Notes under the pieces: model-generated
What the model saw: the letters and a program-made list of their open reading frames with translations, nothing else
What the model was told of the DNA's origin: nothing
The model's database searches: none
NCBI GenBank assembly: GCA_003552075.1
Contig: PUOJ01000123.1
Coordinates: 1 to 63,169, forward strand
Length of the DNA stretch: 63,169 bases
Direction: 5' to 3'
Source of the DNA: Bacteroidales bacterium
GTDB lineage: Bacteria; Bacteroidota; Bacteroidia; Bacteroidales; UBA7960
Shown here: piece after piece, positions 21,323 through 31,211 of the stretch
Layout of the letters: every line of letters begins with the position of its first letter
Position numbering within the stretch: position 1 is the stretch's first letter
Made by a program: the position numbers and the translations under genes

Positions 21323-23290
21323 TCAGTGGTCTTCCGGCTTAATAATTTGAAACTCCGTACGCCGGTTCATCGCTCTCCCCTCTGGTGTTTCATTGGTGTC
21401 GACCGGTTTTGTGTCGGCATATCCTTCATAGGTCAGCCGGGATGCCGGGATGCCTTGATCAATGAGATAGTCACGCACACTTCGGGCACGGTTTTCAGAC
21501 AGCGTCAGGTTATGCGCATAAGTCCCCCTGCTGTCGGTATGGCCACTAATCTCCACATGCACCTCGGGGTTCTGGCGCATAAAGCGGTATAGCTTTTGGA
21601 GTTCCCCTTTGGAGGTCTCTTTGAGGGCATGGCTGTCGGTTTCAAAAAAGATGTTGCGCAGCACCACTGCTTCTCCCTCCCGGATGGGATGCAGCTCAAT
21701 ATCGCGGATGTATGGGTCGATGGCTTTTCGTATCCCATCATAGGAAAAATGATCGGAGAAAAACAGGTAGCCGGGGGTTGATATGTTGAGTGCCAGGTCC
21801 TGACCTGTGGGAACGGCCACCAGGAAGGATCCGTCTTCAGGATCGGATGCAGCCTCCATGACCACCTGTCCGTCTGACACACGAATCAGTTCAAACGAGG
21901 CGTGCAGGGGCTGATCAGTTTCGGCATCCGATACAACTCCGCGCATATAGGTTACCGGTTGCGGGCTCACTGCGTCATACAACGCAAAGGTATATATGTC
22001 TGACCGTCCATTGCCCCCTTCCATGTCTGAGGCAAACCAGGCCTGTTGGCCGGAAGCTCCTACGACAAAAGCAAACTCATCGCGATGCGTGTTGATGGGA
22101 TAGCCCAGGTTCATGGGCTCAGTCCAGCCCCCGGTGTCCGGGTCACGCCTGCTCACAAAGATGTCCAGGCCTCCCATGCCGGGATGACCGTCTGATGCAA
22201 AGTACAGTGTTTCATTGTCGTGGTGGATAAACGGAGAGAGTTCCTTGCCGCTGGTGTTGATGGGCTCTCCAAGGTTTTCAGGTTCTCCCCACTGGCCATC
22301 TTCCTTTTTCCGGGCTTTCCAGATATCCATGGAGCCGATGCTGCCCTCTCGGCTGCTGGTAAAATACAGGGTTTTTCCGTCGGCCGACACGGCGGGTTGT
22401 GAATCCCAAGAAGATGAGTTGAGCGGCCGTCCTGCATTCTGCGGCATACTCCACTCCTGGCCAATCCTCCAGGCATGATAAATGTCGCAGCGTCCAATGC
22501 CATCGGGCCTGTTGCATGCCGTGAAATACATGTGCCGGCCGTCTGCCGTGATGGTTTGTGCACCCTCATTGCCAGGGGTATTCAAAGGTGGACCCATGTT
22601 TTGTGCCTTCGTCCATTCACCTTCTTTCAGGTGACTCACATAAAAATCTTCGAAAAAAAAATCGCGCGGCAGGTCCTCGCGCAGTTCATAGCCCTCAAGC
22701 GGCTTTTTGCGCGTGAAGATCAGGGTTTGCTCGTCAGCCGTGAGGGTCGGACTGTATTCGGCATACCTGGTGTTAATGGCCGGACCCATGTGCTGTGGCT
22801 CAAAGGGCACAGGGTCTTTTATGGCTTCATCGGCAAAACGGGCATGTGCAAGGGCGTGCTGCGCCCTTGAAAGGAAGGATTCACTGATTTCCTCCATGCC
22901 TTTAAAGGATTCCAGCCAATATACGGCGTCACCATAGGCTGCAGTGCGGAATAAGGCCTGTCCTTTATAATATTTTGCAGCCGGAAAAAAGGATGCATCC
23001 AGCAAAATGGCCCTGGCATAATGCCTTATTGCTTGTTCGTAAGCCTCACCCAGGTAGAGGATCTCTGCCTTCAGCACATGGGCTTCAATAAAGGAATCAT
23101 CGATCCGTATGGCGCGCTCCAACCTTTCGATGGCCTGATCATGGTCATAGAGCCGATAGGCTTGCACTGCCTCCTGATAGGCCCGACGGGCTCTGCGGCT
23201 TCCTGTGCTAAGTTCCTCAGGAGCTTGTGCAACAAGCCCTTCGGCACAGAAGCACAGAAGCAACAAAAAAAGCATGAAAATGCGTGTCAT
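21323..23290 (-). CDS. OmpA-family protein with TPR and TolB-like beta-propeller repeats
   Basis: Signal peptide MTRIFMLFLLLLCFCAEGLVAQ, a TPR-like N-terminus, repeated ...YFTS/YFAS... PD40-type repeats, and a C-terminal OmpA domain (ISGHTDSRGTYAHNLTLSENRA...NRRTEFQI). Confidence 0.85.
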   Translation of the reverse strand: MTRIFMLFLLLLCFCAEGLVAQAPEELSTGSRRARRAYQEAVQAYRLYDHDQAIERLERAIRIDDSFIEAHVLKAEILYLGEAYEQAIRHYARAILLDASFFPAAKYYKGQALFRTAAYGDAVYWLESFKGMEEISESFLSRAQHALAHARFADEAIKDPVPFEPQHMGPAINTRYAEYSPTLTADEQTLIFTRKKPLEGYELREDLPRDFFFEDFYVSHLKEGEWTKAQNMGPPLNTPGNEGAQTITADGRHMYFTACNRPDGIGRCDIYHAWRIGQEWSMPQNAGRPLNSSSWDSQPAVSADGKTLYFTSSREGSIGSMDIWKARKKEDGQWGEPENLGEPINTSGKELSPFIHHDNETLYFASDGHPGMGGLDIFVSRRDPDTGGWTEPMNLGYPINTHRDEFAFVVGASGQQAWFASDMEGGNGRSDIYTFALYDAVSPQPVTYMRGVVSDAETDQPLHASFELIRVSDGQVVMEAASDPEDGSFLVAVPTGQDLALNISTPGYLFFSDHFSYDGIRKAIDPYIRDIELHPIREGEAVVLRNIFFETDSHALKETSKGELQKLYRFMRQNPEVHVEISGHTDSRGTYAHNLTLSENRARSVRDYLIDQGIPASRLTYEGYADTKPVDTNETPEGRAMNRRTEFQIIKPEDH

Positions 23291-23446
23291 CTGACTGGAA
23301 TTTGGCATACAGGCCACATCAAACTATTTGGCCCTGTAATAATAAAACAATGGGCAGCATCATTTTTGTCGGGCACACATCCTGGCGCCAGGCAGGCGAC
23401 ACAATAAACATCCCCCTAAGCCAGCTTGAATGAAACAAAAAGTGTT

Positions 23447-24100
23447 TCAGGGGATCTGCATGTACTTATGTGCCTGCAAAGAAACCATCCATTTGGGGTT
23501 TTCCTTTACATAAGAAACGATGCGGGGCAGAATTTTATGATGCTGGCTCCATTCGGGCTGCAAAAACAGCTTACACTTGTCTTTCACCAGGGAGGCATTC
23601 TTTTCGGCCCAACTGAAATCACTGGGGTCACGAATGATCACCTTTAGCTCATCTGCCGCGTGCAGCATGTCGCGACGGGGCTCCATATTGATTTTCGGCG
23701 ACAGGCATATCCAGTCGTATTGACCACTAAGCGGATAAGCCCCACAGGTTTCCAGAAAGATCGTCACCTGCTTCTCTTTGAGTGCCGCACACAGCTTATC
23801 CAGGTTATAGCTCAGCGGCTCGCCTCCTGTGATCACCAAGGCTTTTGCTGGCTGCGTCAAAACAAATTGAATGATGTCTTCAATCGGGGTGAGCGGATGT
23901 ACCGAAGCATCCCAGGCCTCTTTGACGTCACACCAGTAACAGCCGACGTCACAACCGCCAATGCGCAGGAAAGAGGCAGGCTTGCCGGTGTGAAACCCCT
24001 CACCCTGCAAGGAATAGAAGCGTTCCATGACCGGCAGAAGCTCCCCTGCAAGCAGGCGGGACTGTTGCGCAGGTGGCAGGTTTATGGGTTGATGGTTCAC
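23447..24100 (-). CDS. queE: 7-carboxy-7-deazaguanine synthase (radical SAM)
   Basis: FYSLQGEGFHTGKPASFLRIGGCDVGCYWCD carries the CxxxCxxC cluster. GTG start 5 nt after the folD stop. Confidence 0.85.
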   Translation of the reverse strand: MNHQPINLPPAQQSRLLAGELLPVMERFYSLQGEGFHTGKPASFLRIGGCDVGCYWCDVKEAWDASVHPLTPIEDIIQFVLTQPAKALVITGGEPLSYNLDKLCAALKEKQVTIFLETCGAYPLSGQYDWICLSPKINMEPRRDMLHAADELKVIIRDPSDFSWAEKNASLVKDKCKLFLQPEWSQHHKILPRIVSYVKENPKWMVSLQAHKYMQIP

Positions 24101-24105
24101 CTGGT

Positions 24106-24987
24106 TTATCCGTAGATTTCTCTTTTTGCAGCCTTCAGGGTGTTCATCAGCAAGGAGACAATGGTCATGGGCCCTACACCCCCTGGAACGGGCGTGATGT
24201 GGGAGGCTTTCTCCGAAACTTCGTCAAAGCGCACGTCGCCGATCAGCCTGAACCCCGACTTGGTCTTATCTGAAGGCACCCGGTGGATGCCCACATCGAT
24301 CACGACCGCACCTTCCTTCACCATGTCGGCAGTAACAAATTCGGGCCTGCCAATGGCCACGATCAGTATATCGGCCTTGGAGGTGATCTCCGCAAGGTTT
24401 TGTGTTTTGCTGTGACACACCGTCACCGTGGCATTGCCGGGCTCCTCATTACGGGCCATAAGCAAACTCATCGGCTTGCCTACGATATTGCTTCTGCCCA
24501 GGACTACGCAATTTTTTCCGCGGGTATCAATGCGGCTTCGCATCAGCAGCTCCATGATCCCATGGGGCGTAGCCGACACATACGAAGGCAGTCCAATGGT
24601 CATGCGGCCCACGTTTACCGGATGGAAGCCATCCACATCCTTCTCAGGGGCAATGTGCTGGATCACCTTTTGGTTGTCGATATGATCCGGCAGGGGCAAC
24701 TGCACAATGAGCCCATCGATTTCATGGTCATTGTTAATGAAGTCGACCGCCTCCAGCAATTCCTCCTCAGTGACATCTGTGGGGAAGCGATAGGTAGACG
24801 AATCAAACCCAACCTTCTTGCAGGCTTTCGCCTTGTTGTTGACATAGGTTTCACTGGCCGGATCCTCTCCCACCAGGATGGCTGCCAGGTGAGGCACTTT
24901 TTCGCCCTGGTCCTTCATCTTTTGTACTTCACCCGCAATCTCTTCCTTGATGGCTGCAGATATTTGTTTCCCGTCAATAAGCTTCAT
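24106..24987 (-). CDS. folD: bifunctional methylenetetrahydrofolate dehydrogenase/cyclohydrolase
   Basis: [17 protein letters not shown]..., ...LPLPDHID..., ...GRSNIVGKP..., ...[11 protein letters not shown]. Confidence 0.97.
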   Translation of the reverse strand: MKLIDGKQISAAIKEEIAGEVQKMKDQGEKVPHLAAILVGEDPASETYVNNKAKACKKVGFDSSTYRFPTDVTEEELLEAVDFINNDHEIDGLIVQLPLPDHIDNQKVIQHIAPEKDVDGFHPVNVGRMTIGLPSYVSATPHGIMELLMRSRIDTRGKNCVVLGRSNIVGKPMSLLMARNEEPGNATVTVCHSKTQNLAEITSKADILIVAIGRPEFVTADMVKEGAVVIDVGIHRVPSDKTKSGFRLIGDVRFDEVSEKASHITPVPGGVGPMTIVSLLMNTLKAAKREIYG

Positions 24988-25129
24988 ATAAATGTGTTTG
25001 TGTTTTTCAACTAATTGGTTGTCTGGTGTTTGTATTTTTAAGCGGAATGCTGTTTGCTATTGGCTCGTGGCTATTAGCTTTTGGCTTTCTTGCCAATAGC
25101 CAATAGCTAATAGCTAATAGCCAAAAGCC
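24988..25129 (-). repeat. heptamer-built hairpin element, copy B (hairpin plus conserved leader tail)
   Basis: On the minus strand it starts 3 nt after the ffh stop. Arms 25056-25085 and 25092-25121(-25129) pair at 24 of 30 positions around a loop that reads AAGAAA on the minus strand. The tail 25055-24988 ends at the folD ATG. Confidence 0.9.
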
Positions 25130-25132
25130 GGC

Positions 25133-26476
25133 TTACCGCGGACGCATGCCTTGCATGTTTTGCATCATGCTGGACATTTTTCCCTTGCCGCCTTTCGACA
25201 TCATACGCATCATTTTGCGGGTATCCTCAAACTGCTTGACAAGCTTGTTCACCTCCGTGATATCCGTGCCTGCACCCCTGGCGATGCGCTTTCGGCGACT
25301 GCCGTTCAGAACAGCCGGATTTTCGCGTTCTTCCGGTGTCATGCTGTAAATAATAGCCTCAATGCCCTTGAACGCATCATCATCCAGGTCTACATCCTTT
25401 ATGGCTTTACCCATGCCCGGGATCATCCCCATCAGGTCCTTCACATTACCCATCTTTTTGATCTGCTGCAACTGCGAAAGGAAATCATTGAAGTTAAACT
25501 GGTTTTTGGCGATCTTTTTCTGGAGCTTCCTGGCTTCATCCTCATCATACTGCTCCTGGGCCTTTTCAACAAGTGACACGATGTCACCCATGCCCAGTAT
25601 CCTGTCTGCCATCCGGCGTGGATGAAACACATCGAGGGCATCTGGCTTCTCCCCGATACCCACGAACTTGATGGGCTTGTCTACCACAGACCGGATGGTC
25701 AATGCCGCACCGCCCCTTGTGTCGCCATCAAGCTTTGTAAGCACCACACCGTCGTAGTCCAGACGCTCATTAAAAGCCTTCGCAGTATTCACGGCATCCT
25801 GACCGGTCATGGCATCCACCACGAAAAGCGTTTCATGTGGATTTAAGGCCTCCTTCAGTGAAGAGATCTCATTCATCATCTCCTGGTCGATGGCCAAACG
25901 ACCGGCAGTATCCACCACAACCACCTGGTGACCCATGTTCTTGGCATGCTTCACGGCACGTTTGGCGATGCCCACGGGGTCTTTCTTGTCTTCTTCGGTA
26001 TACACCTCGACCGCTATCTGGCTGCCAAGCACCTTCAACTGATCGATCGCAGCAGGACGGTAAACGTCACCGGCAACCAGCAACACTTTCTTGCTCTTCT
26101 TGTCCTTCAGATAATTTGCCAGCTTGGCAGAAAAGGTCGTCTTACCACTACCTTGCAAACCGGCTACCAGGATGATGGAGGGATTGCCCTTGAGGTTTAT
26201 TTCCTCGTGTGTCGAGCCCATCAGCTCAGCAAGCTCCTCGTGCACCACTTTCACCATCAGCTGACCTGGCGAAACAGCGGTGAGCACATCGCGCCCAAGG
26301 GCCTTTTCCTTCACTTTCTCGGTGAAGGACTTGGCAATCTTGTAGTTTACATCCGCATCCACAAGCGCACGACGCACATCCTTCAGCGACTCAGCAATGT
26401 TTACTTCGGAGATATGGCCCTGTCCCTTGATGACCTTAAAGGCCTTGTCCAATCTATCACTTAAATTGTCAAACAT
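25133..26476 (-). CDS. ffh: signal recognition particle protein
   Basis: P-loop [21 protein letters not shown], and a Met-rich C-terminal M domain. Confidence 0.97.
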   Translation of the reverse strand: MFDNLSDRLDKAFKVIKGQGHISEVNIAESLKDVRRALVDADVNYKIAKSFTEKVKEKALGRDVLTAVSPGQLMVKVVHEELAELMGSTHEEINLKGNPSIILVAGLQGSGKTTFSAKLANYLKDKKSKKVLLVAGDVYRPAAIDQLKVLGSQIAVEVYTEEDKKDPVGIAKRAVKHAKNMGHQVVVVDTAGRLAIDQEMMNEISSLKEALNPHETLFVVDAMTGQDAVNTAKAFNERLDYDGVVLTKLDGDTRGGAALTIRSVVDKPIKFVGIGEKPDALDVFHPRRMADRILGMGDIVSLVEKAQEQYDEDEARKLQKKIAKNQFNFNDFLSQLQQIKKMGNVKDLMGMIPGMGKAIKDVDLDDDAFKGIEAIIYSMTPEERENPAVLNGSRRKRIARGAGTDITEVNKLVKQFEDTRKMMRMMSKGGKGKMSSMMQNMQGMRPR

Positions 26477-26667
26477 AAATGCAATAATTTTTTTTGCAAA
26501 ATTACCATTTATTCTTTGATTTCATATCATCGGCTTGGCATTGGCATGATGCGTGCGGCGGTTGACAAATTGTTTTTTGCTTACCTTTGTGGTATGCATT
26601 GGTGTGCCCCGGGCCACCCAAAACGTGCTGTAAGGCATGAACCGCTTACTTTTGAGATTAAACAAAG

Positions 26668-28053
26668 ATGCAAAATAATCCCCATACACCCTGGCAGGTA
26701 GCCCGATATGAAAGGCTCATGCAGGATAACCAGACTGCATATTTTGATGTGGATGACTTTGTGGAGATCATTGATCATTATCTCTTCCAGGCTTCCTACA
26801 AAAAATCATTGCGTGCTGCCAATGATGCCTGCGAGTTGCATCCATCCTCCATTGAACTGATGTTGAAGAAAGCCCAGCTACTGGCTACTTTCAACCGGGA
26901 AGAGCGTGCACTTGAGTTGTTGTCGACAGTTGAGAACCTCGACCCCAGCAATCAGGATGTCTTCCTTACCAAAGGGGCCATCTTTTCACAGTTGCGCAAC
27001 TATGAACAAGCCATTATAGAGTATAACAAGGCGGTATTTGATGCGGATGAGCCGGACTATGTGTACTGCAGCATTGCCATAGAATATGAGAACCTGGGCA
27101 ATTTCGACAAGACACTCGAATACCTTGGCAAGGCCCTGGAGGTAAATCCCAACAATGACCTGGCCATCTACGAGGCAGCATACTGTTTCGACCTGTTATC
27201 CCTTACGGAAGAGGGAATCAACTTCTTCAAGCGACTGATCGACAAAAACCCATACAGCACAGAAGCCTGGTTTAACCTGGGAGTATCCTATATCAATGCC
27301 GGCTTGTACGAAAAAGCCCTGGAGGCCCTGGAATATTCGCTGGCCATTGACCAGGAGCATGAGCATTCGTTGTTCCATAAAGGATATGCCCTCAGTTTGC
27401 TGGGACGCCATCCTGAGGCGATCGGGGCTTACAAGGCATCCATTGACATTGACGGGTCTGATGCCATGAAACATTATTACATCGGTGAATGTCATGAAAA
27501 GATGGATGATTACGAACTGGCCAGACAGTGGTACCTGAAGAGTCTGCAGATCGACCCTGACCTGGCTGATGCCTGGGTGGGCATGGCTGTTTGTGAAAAC
27601 GAGCAGGACAAAGCAAAAGATGCCATCAAATACCTGGAAAAGGCACTCAGCATAGACCCCGGCAACGTCAATTACCTTTGCCTGCTGGGAAACACCTGCT
27701 TCGCTGCGGGAGACGAGCAAATGGCCATCGACACTTATGAAAAGGCCATTGAAGCCGATCATGAGGACGAGGAAACCTGGTTTGAATATGTGGAAGCCCT
27801 TGTCAAGGCAGACAGACTGAAGCAGGCCGCTGACGTGATGAATCGTGGCATGGATACCCTGCCCAACAACCCACAGATGCTCTATGTGATGGCCGCCATC
27901 CTCTTTCTGACCGGCAAAAGCCAGGATGGCACCTTCTGCCTCGAAGAAGCCTACCAAAAAGAGCCTGGCGGAATACGCCAAATCATGACAAGATTTTCCA
28001 GGCTATCCGACAACAGCGCCTTTATGGAGGTTGTCGACAGACTCATCAGGTAA
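26668..28053 (+). CDS. tetratricopeptide-repeat protein
   Basis: 461 aa of repeated 34-aa A/Y/L-patterned TPR units (e.g. AWFNLGVSYINAGLYEKALEALEYSLAID). Confidence 0.8.
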   Translation: MQNNPHTPWQVARYERLMQDNQTAYFDVDDFVEIIDHYLFQASYKKSLRAANDACELHPSSIELMLKKAQLLATFNREERALELLSTVENLDPSNQDVFLTKGAIFSQLRNYEQAIIEYNKAVFDADEPDYVYCSIAIEYENLGNFDKTLEYLGKALEVNPNNDLAIYEAAYCFDLLSLTEEGINFFKRLIDKNPYSTEAWFNLGVSYINAGLYEKALEALEYSLAIDQEHEHSLFHKGYALSLLGRHPEAIGAYKASIDIDGSDAMKHYYIGECHEKMDDYELARQWYLKSLQIDPDLADAWVGMAVCENEQDKAKDAIKYLEKALSIDPGNVNYLCLLGNTCFAAGDEQMAIDTYEKAIEADHEDEETWFEYVEALVKADRLKQAADVMNRGMDTLPNNPQMLYVMAAILFLTGKSQDGTFCLEEAYQKEPGGIRQIMTRFSRLSDNSAFMEVVDRLIR

Positions 28054-28083
28054 TGTTTGTTATATTATTCTATCACGTACGTC

Positions 28084-28857
28084 ATGCTTGATTTTCTTCC
28101 CGACCGAGAGACAAAACCACGACATCAAGGGGTTAGCATGGTCATGGACAAGGGCCTTGGCATGCGGCAGGCAGAAGACCTGGCTGAGACTGCCGGCCAC
28201 CTCATCGACTTTCTGAAGCTGGGTTTTGGCACCGCTTATGTGAGTAAAAAAGCAGCTGAAAAAGTAAAGCTGTACCAGGAACACCACATGCGCGTATTTG
28301 TGGGAGGCACCCTTTTGGAAGCCTTCTTGCTGCGTGACCAGCTCGATGATTACCTGCGGTTTGTCAACAAACTGGGCTGCGACACCGTAGAGGTGTCGGA
28401 CGGGTCCATCAAGCTCCCCCATGACGAGAAGTGCAGGCTGATCAAACGCCTGTCAGGAGAATTTACCGTGCTCTCTGAAGTGGGTGCCAAGGATTGTGAT
28501 GTTTCGATGGATGCGGACGCCTGGACGGCCTGCATGCAAAAGGAGCTGGATGCGGGCAGCAGTTTCGTGATCGCCGAAGCCCGGGAGAGTGGCACCGTGG
28601 GCATCTATGGCAAGGAGGGAGCTGCAGATCAGGACCTCATTCAACGCATCATCCATGAAGTGGGCCCTGAAAAGGTGATCTGGGAAGCCCCGCTTAAGCA
28701 GCAACAGGTATGGTTCATTAAAGCCTTTGGTGCCCACGTGAACCTCGGCAACATTGCTCCTGCTGAGATTGTGGCATTGGAAACCCTCAGAGTGGGGCTT
28801 CGTGGAGATACTTTTTTCGATTTTCTGCCGGAAGAACTGAAGAAGCACAAACTATGA
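28084..28857 (+). CDS. comA: (2R)-phospho-3-sulfolactate synthase (ComA family)
   Basis: MLDFLPDRETKPRHQGVSMVMDKGLG...DFLKLGFGTAYV...VEVSDGSI... matches my memory of the ComA/YitD family. ATG at 28084. Confidence 0.7.
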   Translation: MLDFLPDRETKPRHQGVSMVMDKGLGMRQAEDLAETAGHLIDFLKLGFGTAYVSKKAAEKVKLYQEHHMRVFVGGTLLEAFLLRDQLDDYLRFVNKLGCDTVEVSDGSIKLPHDEKCRLIKRLSGEFTVLSEVGAKDCDVSMDADAWTACMQKELDAGSSFVIAEARESGTVGIYGKEGAADQDLIQRIIHEVGPEKVIWEAPLKQQQVWFIKAFGAHVNLGNIAPAEIVALETLRVGLRGDTFFDFLPEELKKHKL

Positions 28858-28930
28858 AGCACATCCGTTGAGGATAAAACACCTCGGGCCGGATGGGTGT
28901 ACCGGCCGCTTTTTGAATCTTGTCAGACTT

Positions 28931-29896
28931 ATGAAGGAGAGAAACTGGGTTGGTCAATTGTTTTTGTTATTCCGGGGTATGGCGATGGGGGCCGTGGATG
29001 TGGTTCCCGGCGTGTCGGGTGGAACCATCGCCCTGATTACTGGCATCTATGAAGAGCTCATCCTGAGCATCAGGTCCATCCATGCAGGCTTACTCAACAC
29101 ACTTTTTCGCAAAGGGCTGGCCGCAGCCTGGAAGCAAGCCAACGGCAACTTCCTGGTCACCGTGGTCGGCGGCATCCTGATCAGTATCTTTTCCCTGGCA
29201 CGACTGCTATCATGGCTTTTTGAGCACCACGCCATGCTGGTTTGGGCTTTCTTCTTCGGCCTGATAGCCGGAAGCGCCTTGTTCGTAGGCAAAAAAGTGG
29301 AAAAGTGGCACGCCTCTCCACTGATATCCTTGCTTACAGGCACAGTGCTGGCTTACTACATCACCCTGGCCACCCCATCCACAGGTCCGGAATACCTGTG
29401 GTATGTCTTTCTTTCTGGAAGCATCGCCTTTTGTGCCCTTATCCTGCCCGGCATATCCGGCGCTTTCCTGCTGATCCTGCTAGGCAAATATGAATACATG
29501 CTTCAGGCGGTCAATGAGCTGAACCTGTCGGTGCTCTTCACATTTGGTATCGGTGGCATAGCGGGTGTCATTGCCTTTTCACATGTGATCGCATGGCTGC
29601 TGAAGAAACATCCCCAAACGACGCTTGCCATGCTCACCGGCTTCATGATCGGGTCACTCAACAAGCTCTGGCCCTGGAAAGAAGTACTTGAAACCAGGAT
29701 CAACAGCGCAGGGGATATCGTTCCCCTGGTGGAAAAAAACATCCTGCCCTCAACATATGCCGGGATGTATGATAAAGACCCCTTGCTGGGCGCTGTGCTT
29801 TTATGCATGGTCGCCGGCTTTGGAATCATTGCCGTGTTCATGTATTTCAGCAGAAAGAAAAGGCAGCAAATGTCTAATCACGGTCCGTCTGTTTAA
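28931..29896 (+). CDS. DUF368-family integral membrane protein
   Basis: Duplicated signature VPGVSGGTIALITG and LPGISGAFLLILLG in a polytopic protein. Confidence 0.75.
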   Translation: MKERNWVGQLFLLFRGMAMGAVDVVPGVSGGTIALITGIYEELILSIRSIHAGLLNTLFRKGLAAAWKQANGNFLVTVVGGILISIFSLARLLSWLFEHHAMLVWAFFFGLIAGSALFVGKKVEKWHASPLISLLTGTVLAYYITLATPSTGPEYLWYVFLSGSIAFCALILPGISGAFLLILLGKYEYMLQAVNELNLSVLFTFGIGGIAGVIAFSHVIAWLLKKHPQTTLAMLTGFMIGSLNKLWPWKEVLETRINSAGDIVPLVEKNILPSTYAGMYDKDPLLGAVLLCMVAGFGIIAVFMYFSRKKRQQMSNHGPSV

Positions 29897-30404
29897 CATG
29901 CCATCCTATCAGGAAGAGGACGGTGAAAAATACCCCAAAGGTGATGGCCAGGTAAGGGTTAAACTCCTCATCAGGCTCTACAAAAGCCTTGTATAAGCCA
30001 TAAAAGAGGGCAGTAAGACCGGCCAGCAGCATGAAGAGGAACAATATCCGGTCTACGACTTTTTCTGCCCAGGCTGGTTGCCTGCTGCCTGCTGCCTGGT
30101 GATAGCGGTACACCCGGGTGCGATAAGCAGCGTAACCATGGCCCCTTTGTGCAGCAGCACTTCCGGGTCTGTAATACACCCGCTGGCCATGGGTGCCCCG
30201 GGCAAGCCGCATGTCGTAAACACGTCTTTTGTTGGCATCACGCAGCACCTGATAAGCCTCGTTCACCAGCTGAAAGTCCTTCTTGGCCCGCTCCGCACGG
30301 TTCACATCAGGATGCAGCTGCTTGGCGCGCAAACGAAAAGCACGTTTGATGCGTGCATCATCCGCATGTTTATCCACACCCAGAATGTCATAATAGTTTA
30401 TCAT
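29874..30404 (-). CDS. J-domain protein with C-terminal membrane anchor
   Basis: YYDILGV...LHPDVN carries the HPD motif. Two C-terminal hydrophobic helices. The 3' end overlaps the DUF368 gene by 23 nt. Confidence 0.8.
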   Translation of the reverse strand: MINYYDILGVDKHADDARIKRAFRLRAKQLHPDVNRAERAKKDFQLVNEAYQVLRDANKRRVYDMRLARGTHGQRVYYRPGSAAAQRGHGYAAYRTRVYRYHQAAGSRQPAWAEKVVDRILFLFMLLAGLTALFYGLYKAFVEPDEEFNPYLAITFGVFFTVLFLIGWHVKQTDRD

Positions 30405-30663
30405 GCATCAGATCACAAGCGTCTCCTGCAAACCGCTTTATCCGGCAAAGAGCTTTTCCCTTTTTACTGCGAATCAACCACTTATCACAGACAAAACAGC
30501 AGGTATCGACTTTTTATAAAACCGAATATACACAAAAGCGCCATGAAAATCAAATTCATGTCCGGTTTAATTGAAAAAAGACTTGCGTATAAGAAAAAAA
30601 ATGCCGTAATTTGCACTCCTTTTAAGAAAAGACCAATTCCATAATCGCAAAAACATATATACC

Positions 30664-30900
30664 ATGTCACGTATTTGCCAGATCACAGGGAAACGACCGA
30701 TTACAGGACATCGCGTGTCGCATTCAAACATCAAAACCAACCGCTGGTTTTACCCCAATATACAGACAAAGAAGTTTTTCGTACCCGAAGAGAACCGCTG
30801 GATCACGTTAAAGGTTTCGACAAAGGGGATACGGAACATCAACAAGAAAGGCATTTATGCTTGCTTAAAGGAAGCCCGCCAAAAGGGATACATCAAATAA
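30664..30900 (+). CDS. rpmB: 50S ribosomal protein L28
   Basis: [34 protein letters not shown].... Confidence 0.95.
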   Translation: MSRICQITGKRPITGHRVSHSNIKTNRWFYPNIQTKKFFVPEENRWITLKVSTKGIRNINKKGIYACLKEARQKGYIK

Positions 30901-30923
30901 TTTTTACTGGTTTTGGGAACGAG

Positions 30924-30955
30924 AGCTGTTGCATGCATTTGCAACAGCTTTTTTT
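30924..30955 (+). terminator. intrinsic terminator of rpmB
   Basis: 10-bp perfect stem AGCTGTTGCA / TGCAACAGCT with a 6-nt loop, followed by a T-run. Confidence 0.85.
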
Positions 30956-30974
30956 ATTTCTGCTTGCCTTTTAA

Positions 30975-31098
30975 ATGAAACGGGCCATGCCAATATATTG
31001 ACACACACGAGAATGATTATTGTCGCGGGGACTTTTGGACTAAGTTGGCTTTTGGCTTTCTTGCCAATAGCTAATAGCCAAAAGCCAAAAGCCAAAAC
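30975..31098 (+). repeat. composite repeat, copy C (M module plus heptamer hairpin with inverted loop)
   Basis: The M module ATGAAACGGGCCATGCCAATATATTGACACACACGAGAATGATTAT (30975-31020) is homologous to 52076 and 52271. A spacer follows, then the hairpin GGCTTTTGGC-TTTCTT-GCCAATAGC... (31029-31098). Confidence 0.85.
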
Positions 31099-31211
31099 AC
31101 AAGCAGATGTTAAAGAATAATAAGATGGGCCACCAAGGCCATGGATATTTTCCAGTTTCACTGATTATTTTTACCTTTATACCTTATACTGTAAAATTCA
31201 GAAGTTAAAGC

